64,000 bases of DNA from the NCBI GenBank assembly GCA_022824205.1, contig JAJEAI010000041.1, positions 856 to 64,855 on the forward strand, written 5' to 3'. The DNA is from Candidatus Binatia bacterium. GTDB lineage: Bacteria > Desulfobacterota > Binatia > UBA9968 > JAJDTQ01. Under the pieces are notes generated by a model, which was not told where the DNA came from, ran no database searches, and saw only the letters and a list, made by a program, of their open reading frames with translations. The translations under genes were made by a program, and so were the position numbers. Below, in pieces: positions 58,331 through 64,000 of this stretch (positions are counted from its first letter, which is position 1; the number at the start of each line of letters is the position of its first letter).

Positions 58331-58554
58331 CGTCATTCCCGCTTTCCAGGCTGTGTCAATACTCATGTGGCACGGATCCCTCGAATCGTCATTCCCGCGG
58401 AAGCGGGAATCCAGGCGGGGTGAGGCGGGGGAATACGCCGTTTTGCCCCTCTCCGCCCCTGGATTCCCGCTTCCGCGGGAATGACGATTCGGGGTGTTGG
58501 TGCCAGTTCTTGTCCACGTGACGTTTGACACAGCCCCTTCCGCGGGAATGACGT
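58331..58554. repeat. REP/MITE-like repeat cluster between tal and tkt
   Basis: cgtcattcccgctttccaggctgtgtcaa (58331-58359), the nested ~100-bp IR (58387-58486), and gtttgacacagccccttccgcgggaatgacg (58524-58554). Confidence 0.8.
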
Positions 58555-58593
58555 ACTCTTCGTGTTGGCACCCCCGACGCGACCCTTCCCCGA

Positions 58594-60666
58594 CTAAACG
58601 GACCTGTCGGCTCTGGCGAGCTGTGCCTTGGCCGCGGCGACCACGTCCGCCGCGGTGAAACCGAATTTCTTCTGCAGGTCCTTGAGCGGCGCCGAGGCGC
58701 CGAAGGAGCGCATTCCGATCTGGTGGCCGGTGAGGCCGGTGTACTTGCCCCAGCCGAACACCGACGCCTGCTCCACCGACACACGCGCCGTGACCTCCGG
58801 CGGGATCACGCTGTCGCGGTAGTCCTCGTCCTGGTCGTCGAACAGCTCCCAGCAGGGCATGCTCACCACCCGCGCCTTGACGCCTTCCGCCGTCAGGGTC
58901 TCGTATGCCTCCACGCACAGCGGCACCTCGCTGCCGGTGGCGAGCAGCAGCACCTCGGGCTTGCCGTCAGGGGCGTCGGCGAGCACGTAGGCGCCCCGGG
59001 CCACGCCGTCCGCCGAGGCGTAGCGGGCGCGGTCCAGGGTCGGCAGCGCCTGGCGCGTCAGCACCAGCACCGCGGGCTCGTGGTGCCGCTCCATGACGAC
59101 CTTCCAGGCCGCGGTCACCTCGTTGGCGTCGGCCGGGCGCAGCACCATCAGGCCGGGAACCGCCCGGAGCGAGGCCAGGTGCTCCACCGGCTGGTGCGTC
59201 GGCCCATCCTCCCCCACACCGATGGAGTCGTGGGTGAACACGTGGATCACCGGCAGCTCCATGAGCGCGCTCAAGCGAATGGCGCCGCGGGCGTAGTCGC
59301 TGAAGATCAGGAAGCCCGAGCCGAAGGCGCGCACCTTGGTCAGCGCCATGCCGTTCATGACCGAGGCCATGGCGTGTTCCCGAACGCCGAAGTGGAGGTT
59401 GCGGCCGGCGGGGTTCTCGGCCGAGAAATCGCCCGCGCCGTCGAAAGTGAGGCGCGTCTTGGTGGACGGCGCCAAGTCGGCGGCCCCGCCCATGAGCCAC
59501 GGCACGTTCCGCGCCAACGCGTTCAGCACCCTGCCCGAGGCGTCGCGGCCGGCGAGGCCCTTGGGGTCCGCGGGGAAATCCGGCAGGTCCCGGTCCCAGC
59601 CGTCGGGAAGCTGACGGTGCTGCATCCGGTAAAGCTCGTCCGCCAACTCCGGGTAGCGCGCCCGGTAGTCCTCGACGCGCGCGAACCAGGCGTCCCGCAG
59701 TGCCTTGCCGCGTTCTCCCATGCCCGCCCGGAAGTGCTCGCGCACGCCGTCGGGAACGTGGAAGCGCGCGTCCTCCGGCCAGCCGTAGCGCCTCTTGGTG
59801 AGCTTCACTTCCTCCTCTCCCAACGGCTCGCCGTGGGCGCCGCTGGTGTCCTGCTTGTTGGGCGAGCCATAGCCGATGTGGCTGTCGACGATGATCAGGG
59901 TGGGCCGGTCGGTGGTCTGGTGAAACGTGCGGAAGGCCCGCTCCAGCATCTCCAGGTCGTTGGCGTCGCCCACGCGCACCACGTTCCACCCGTACCCCAG
60001 GAAGCGCGTGGCCACGTCGTCGGAGAAGGCCAGGGCGGTGTGGCCTTCGATGGTGATGCGGTTGTTGTCGTAGATCCAGCACAGCTTGGAGAGCTTGAGG
60101 TGCGCGGCGAGGGACGCGGCCTCGTTGCACACTCCCTCCATCATGCAGCCGTCGCCGCACAGAGCGTATACGTTGAAATCGACAAGGTCCTCGAAGCCGG
60201 GCTGGTTGTAGCGCGCGGCCATCCAGCTTCCGGCGAGGGCCATGCCCACGCTGGTGGCGACACCCTGTCCCAGGGGGCCGGTGGTGGTCTCCACGCCGGA
60301 CGTCCAGCGGTACTCCGGATGGCCCGGACAGCGGCTGTCCAACTGGCGGAACCGCCGCAACGCCTCCAGCGGCACCGACAGCTCACCCAAGGTCTCGTAG
60401 TCCTTGCTCACCGCCTTGACCCCGGTCAGGTGCAGCAGCGAGTAGAGCAGCATGGAGGCATGGCCCGCGGACAGCACGAAGCGGTCCCGGTTGGGCCAGA
60501 TGGGATCGTCGGGATCGAAGCGAAGGAAGCGCTGCCACAGGCAGTAGGCCACCGGCGCCATGGCCATGGGCGTGCCCGGATGACCGGAATTCGCCTGCTG
60601 GACCCCGTCGATGGAAAGGGTGCGGATGGTGTTGATGCACGACTCGTCGAGATGGGCGTCGCTCAT
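58594..60666 (-). CDS. tkt: Transketolase
   Basis: Full-length Tkt similarity (GHPG, TPP-binding GDG region, HDSIGVGEDGPTHQ). Start moved to MSDAHLDES (ATG 60666) with AAGGAGGA RBS. Confidence 0.95.
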   Translation of the reverse strand: MSDAHLDESCINTIRTLSIDGVQQANSGHPGTPMAMAPVAYCLWQRFLRFDPDDPIWPNRDRFVLSAGHASMLLYSLLHLTGVKAVSKDYETLGELSVPLEALRRFRQLDSRCPGHPEYRWTSGVETTTGPLGQGVATSVGMALAGSWMAARYNQPGFEDLVDFNVYALCGDGCMMEGVCNEAASLAAHLKLSKLCWIYDNNRITIEGHTALAFSDDVATRFLGYGWNVVRVGDANDLEMLERAFRTFHQTTDRPTLIIVDSHIGYGSPNKQDTSGAHGEPLGEEEVKLTKRRYGWPEDARFHVPDGVREHFRAGMGERGKALRDAWFARVEDYRARYPELADELYRMQHRQLPDGWDRDLPDFPADPKGLAGRDASGRVLNALARNVPWLMGGAADLAPSTKTRLTFDGAGDFSAENPAGRNLHFGVREHAMASVMNGMALTKVRAFGSGFLIFSDYARGAIRLSALMELPVIHVFTHDSIGVGEDGPTHQPVEHLASLRAVPGLMVLRPADANEVTAAWKVVMERHHEPAVLVLTRQALPTLDRARYASADGVARGAYVLADAPDGKPEVLLLATGSEVPLCVEAYETLTAEGVKARVVSMPCWELFDDQDEDYRDSVIPPEVTARVSVEQASVFGWGKYTGLTGHQIGMRSFGASAPLKDLQKKFGFTAADVVAAAKAQLARADRSV

Positions 60667-60842
60667 GGACGATGGGCTCCTCCTTGCCGCGTGAGCTTCT
60701 GTTCTCAACTCAAGTGTGCCAGATGATCGAGGCCGCATACAATGAAGGCAGGCAGCCTTGGGCGCCATTTCACCAGCTTTTTCACTTGATCTGGTTGATC
60801 CGCAACTGCTAACTCATTTCTTTCCGATCGAGCCCGACATCC

Positions 60843-62546
60843 ATGGAACCCTTCAGTCCCGCGGAGCGCGAGCGGCTCGCGCCCTTCTTCACCAACGTGG
60901 ACCGGCCGGTCTTCGGCCTGCGCCTGCCCCAGGAGGTGGCCGGAGCGCTGTTCTCCCGCTACAGCCGCTCGGCCAGAAACCTCCGGCGGACGTTCCTGGA
61001 CGAGTTCCTGGGCGACGCCGACTTCTCCCCCGCCCTGGGCACGCCCGCGAGCGCGGCACCCGACGACCCGGCGGTGCGGCGCGCCCGCGCCTTCTACGAC
61101 CGGGTGCTGGTGGGCTACGGCGACGACTCGGTGGCCCAGCTCGGCGGCGCCCACGTCGCCTGCGAGGACATCTCCAACGTGGCGGCCAAGATCCTGGAGG
61201 ACGCACGCATCGGCATGGCGCCGCTGGAGAAGTCCACCCGCTACGTGCGTTTCGACCGCAAGGACGCGTCCGGGCGCTACCTGTACTACGTCGAGCCGAC
61301 CCTGGAAGCGTCGCCGCACCGGCGCAACTACCTGGAGCTGATGGAGCTTCTGTTCGACACGTACTCGCGCCAGATGGAGCCCATGATCGAACACGTGCGC
61401 GGGTCCCTGCCGCTGGAGGAGACGGAGCTGCGCAACCCGCGGACCGGCGACCCCATCTCCTATGCCGAGGCACGGAAGGACGACAAGCTCGCCAGGTGGG
61501 CCGAGAGCGCCTACCGTTCCACGGTGCGCGCCCATGCCTGCGACATCCTGCGGGGCTACCTGCCCGCGGCCACCCGCACCAACGTCGGGCTCTTCGGCGT
61601 GGGACAGGCGTACGAGTACCTGCTGTCGAAGTGCCACTCCAGCGACCTTGCCGAGTTGCGCGACCTCGGATCGGCGATGCACGGGGAGCTCGACGTTCTC
61701 ATCCCGTCGTTCGTCAAGCGGGCACGGGCGAGCGCCTACCTGTCGGGGACTTTCAGCCGCACGCGCGCGTTGGCCCGGGAACTGGTGCCGGAGACGGCGC
61801 CGGAAAGCGGGGACGTGACCGAGGTGGACGCCGGCCCCGGCATGGCGATGATGGCGGCGGCAAGCGCGGACGTGGCCCTGGTAGACTACGACGACCAGGC
61901 GGAGGAGCGGGTCATCGCCGCGATCCTGTATCCGCACACGCGCCAACCCCTGTCACGGTTGCGCGCGATGGCGGCGGAAATGCCCGAGGAGCGGCGGCAG
62001 GCGGTGCTCGACGCCTACATGAAGGACCGCCGGCACCGGCGCGAAAAGCCCGGACGCGCGCTGGAGCAGGTCTTCTACGCCTTCGACATCATCGGCAACC
62101 TGGGCATCTACCGGGACCTGCAGCGGCACCGGCTGCTGACCCAGGAACGCCAGGACTTCACCACGGCGCACGGCTACGACACTCCGTCCGAGATCGATGA
62201 GGCCGGCTTCGGCGACGAGTACCGGCGCTGCATGGAGCGGGCGGCGGAGGTCCACGACCGCATTCACGCGGACCACCCGCGCGAAGCCCAGTACGTGGTG
62301 CCGTTCGCCTATCGGGTGCGCTGGTACATGAAGATGAATCTGCGGGAGGCGGTGCACATCGGCGAGTTGCGGACTCTGCCCCAAGGCCATCCCGACTACC
62401 GGGACATCACGCAGAAGATGTGGCGTGAGATCGGAAGAGTGCACCCGCGACTGGCGGGTTACGCCAAGTTCATCGACTGGAAGACCTACCGGCTGGGGCG
62501 GCTCGCTTCCGAGCTGCGCACGGAGTTCAAGAAGTCCGAGCGGTAG
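60843..62546 (+). CDS. Long-form ThyX-like protein (thymidylate synthase complementing protein family)
   Basis: RHRLLTQERQ resembles the ThyX RHR-x7-S motif, but with D at the Ser position. 567 aa is about twice the usual ThyX length. N-terminal FTNVDRPVFGL-type region. Confidence 0.5.
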   Translation: MEPFSPAERERLAPFFTNVDRPVFGLRLPQEVAGALFSRYSRSARNLRRTFLDEFLGDADFSPALGTPASAAPDDPAVRRARAFYDRVLVGYGDDSVAQLGGAHVACEDISNVAAKILEDARIGMAPLEKSTRYVRFDRKDASGRYLYYVEPTLEASPHRRNYLELMELLFDTYSRQMEPMIEHVRGSLPLEETELRNPRTGDPISYAEARKDDKLARWAESAYRSTVRAHACDILRGYLPAATRTNVGLFGVGQAYEYLLSKCHSSDLAELRDLGSAMHGELDVLIPSFVKRARASAYLSGTFSRTRALARELVPETAPESGDVTEVDAGPGMAMMAAASADVALVDYDDQAEERVIAAILYPHTRQPLSRLRAMAAEMPEERRQAVLDAYMKDRRHRREKPGRALEQVFYAFDIIGNLGIYRDLQRHRLLTQERQDFTTAHGYDTPSEIDEAGFGDEYRRCMERAAEVHDRIHADHPREAQYVVPFAYRVRWYMKMNLREAVHIGELRTLPQGHPDYRDITQKMWREIGRVHPRLAGYAKFIDWKTYRLGRLASELRTEFKKSER

Positions 62547-62576
62547 CGGGCGCGCGGCCGTCCCCGGCGGGGTGTG

Positions 62577-63011
62577 TCACGCAGCTTCGCCCATCGCGCT
62601 GGCGCGCGCCGCGACCTTCTCCGCCTTCCACTCCCGCAGGCCCCGGCGCAGGTAGCTGGGCTCGATCCCCAGAATCCCGCAGACGTTCTCGAAGGAGACG
62701 AAACGGGTGTCCTCCGTATCGAAGATCCATTCCTCGGCTTCCCGGAACTCCGTCTGCCGCTTGGCTGTCCGGGCGAAAAGGTACTTGCGGTAACAGGAGA
62801 GTGCGTCCTCGAGGAGAGCCAGGAGCAGGTGCTTCTCGGGCTCCAGCGGCGTCTTGCGCTGGATGGTCTCCGCATACTGTGCCGCGTCCACACCGTCGGC
62901 GTCGAACAGCATGACCGCATCGAATGCTTCCGCCGTCAGCCGTTCCCTGGGCTGTTCCCGGGCCTCCGTTTCCTTGCCGGCAACCTCCGTGTTTTTCGTT
63001 TCTTCCCTCAT
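62577..63011 (-). CDS. Hypothetical protein (144 aa)
   Basis: ATG 63011 with GGAAGGA RBS (MREETKNTEVAGKETEAREQPRERLTAEAFD...). No recognisable motifs. Confidence 0.4.
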   Translation of the reverse strand: MREETKNTEVAGKETEAREQPRERLTAEAFDAVMLFDADGVDAAQYAETIQRKTPLEPEKHLLLALLEDALSCYRKYLFARTAKRQTEFREAEEWIFDTEDTRFVSFENVCGILGIEPSYLRRGLREWKAEKVAARASAMGEAA

Positions 63012-63288
63012 CTTCGGTACCGTCCTTCCCATTAGACCGAGGCCGGTTCCCTTTTCTTTTTCCAACTATTTGTTCTGAGTCAAGGTTAAATCTCCTACCT
63101 GCCCAAGTCAAGAATTTCCGCGCAATTCCGATACCGCCCACGCAGGTTTTTTCGTGGACGGTCCATTGTCCGATCGCGGGTTTACGTCAACAGGACGCCG
63201 GAGTTGGCGAACACCCGTTTGCCATTCCCCTGGCGCACCAGTAAAGGGAACTATCCGTTCAAAGGCTTCCGGACACCAACTCGATATC

Positions 63289-64000
63289 GTGACGCGCAAG
63301 ATCTTCTACGGCTGGTACATCGTCGGCGTCGGCTTCATCTGCTACCTGACCTCCTCCTTTGCGCTGTCCAGCACCCTCAGCGTGTTCATGAAGCCCCTCA
63401 CCTCCGAGTTCGGAGTCTCCCGCGGCGTCTTCTCGTTCATCCGGAGCGGCGAGGTCATGTTTTCTTCCGTGATCGCGTTCCTGGTGGGCCCCCTCATCGA
63501 CCGCTACGGGGCGCGCTGGCTGATCGTCACCGGCGCCCTGGTGGCGGGGACCGGATACATCCTGCTGAGCCAAGTCCAGGTGTTCTGGCAGTTCATGGTC
63601 ATCCGCTGGCTGCCCATCACCGTGGGCGACACCCTGATGGGCTACATGGTGATCAACGTGATGATCTCACGGTGGTTCATAAGCAAGCGGGGGCGCGCCA
63701 TCTCCATCGCCAACATGGGCAACGGCATCGCCAAGACCACCATCCCGCTGGTGGCCGTGGGGCTCTTCGCGCTGGTGGGGTGGCGCAACACCTGGATGGT
63801 GTTCGGCCTGGTGACCTTCGCCATGGTGTTGCTCCCGGCCATCCTGCTGGTGCGGCGCAGCCCGGAAGACATGGGGTTTCAGCCGGACGGCGCGCTGGCG
63901 CCTCCCGAATCCTCCCCCGGCGACAACCCGGGACCGGGAGCCTTCCCGGCTCACCCCGCCGACATCCAATGGACGCGAGCGGAGGCCGTGCGCACGAGCA
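63289..64000 (+). CDS. MFS transporter, partial (C-terminus beyond the window)
   Basis: GTG start gives MTRKIFYGWYIVGVGFICYLTSS... with successive TM helices and an MFS loop (GPLIDRYGARW). No stop in the window. Confidence 0.65.
   Translation, partial: MTRKIFYGWYIVGVGFICYLTSSFALSSTLSVFMKPLTSEFGVSRGVFSFIRSGEVMFSSVIAFLVGPLIDRYGARWLIVTGALVAGTGYILLSQVQVFWQFMVIRWLPITVGDTLMGYMVINVMISRWFISKRGRAISIANMGNGIAKTTIPLVAVGLFALVGWRNTWMVFGLVTFAMVLLPAILLVRRSPEDMGFQPDGALAPPESSPGDNPGPGAFPAHPADIQWTRAEAVRTS

Noticed and set aside
63077-63288. Possible riboswitch or attenuator in the ~210-nt leader of the terminal MFS gene
   Set aside because: It contains short inverted repeats (ccacgcagg/ttttttcgtgg) but nothing matching a riboswitch consensus I can recognise, and the MFS start itself is uncertain.

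Overview
This is a 64 kb, high-GC (about 68%), gene-dense bacterial chromosomal segment. Most real genes are on the minus strand, and the six-frame track is full of long antisense 'shadow' ORFs that I discounted.

Recognisable housekeeping content:
- Envelope, lipid and RNA turnover: lolA, ftsK, rnj, plsC.
- Cofactor/haem and nucleotide: hemH, nadK.
- DNA repair: recN, xth.
- Amino-acid synthesis: proC.
- Pentose-phosphate operon: tkt-tal-rpe.
- Nitrogen block: glnA-amt.
- tRNA-Ala(GGC).
- Regulatory and transport genes: a histidine kinase, a LivK-like binding protein, an RsbW/RsbV/RsbU-type partner-switching module with a response-regulator-PP2C phosphatase, and MFS/ABC components.

Accessory or unusual content:
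1. At the 5' end, a RiPP-like cassette: an E1-like/RRE domain fused to a YcaO heterocyclase, translationally coupled to an unrecognised protein that runs off the window, with no visible precursor peptide. Immediately upstream on the same strand are an AlkB-type membrane alkane hydroxylase fused to a degenerate GlnE-like nucleotidyltransferase domain and two tandem SDRs.
2. A dense family of nested palindromic REP/MITE-like repeats at four intergenic loci (core palindrome cgtcattcccgcgRaagcgggaatg with a GNRA-type loop), plus a second hairpin family (GTAGGGGCGACC...GGTCGCCCCTAC) after xth and glnA.
3. A toxin-antitoxin graveyard at 16.4-19 kb: an orphan Phd/YefM antitoxin with a decayed ParE/RelE-like toxin remnant, a transposase-like fragment, three different antitoxin genes in tandem with no toxins, and a small membrane protein with 21-bp tandem heptad repeats. 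An intact brnT-brnA pair lies at 33.6 kb.
4. A minus-strand metabolic operon (amidohydrolase-2, an unannotated 58-aa GatC-like mini-ORF, M20 peptidase, split TPP decarboxylase, RidA) of unknown pathway.
5. A circularly permuted ATP-grasp / alpha-E / transglutaminase triad immediately downstream of the tRNA and upstream of glnA.

Start codons in this track include GTG and TTG, and several starts were re-derived by hand; those are flagged in the evidence fields.
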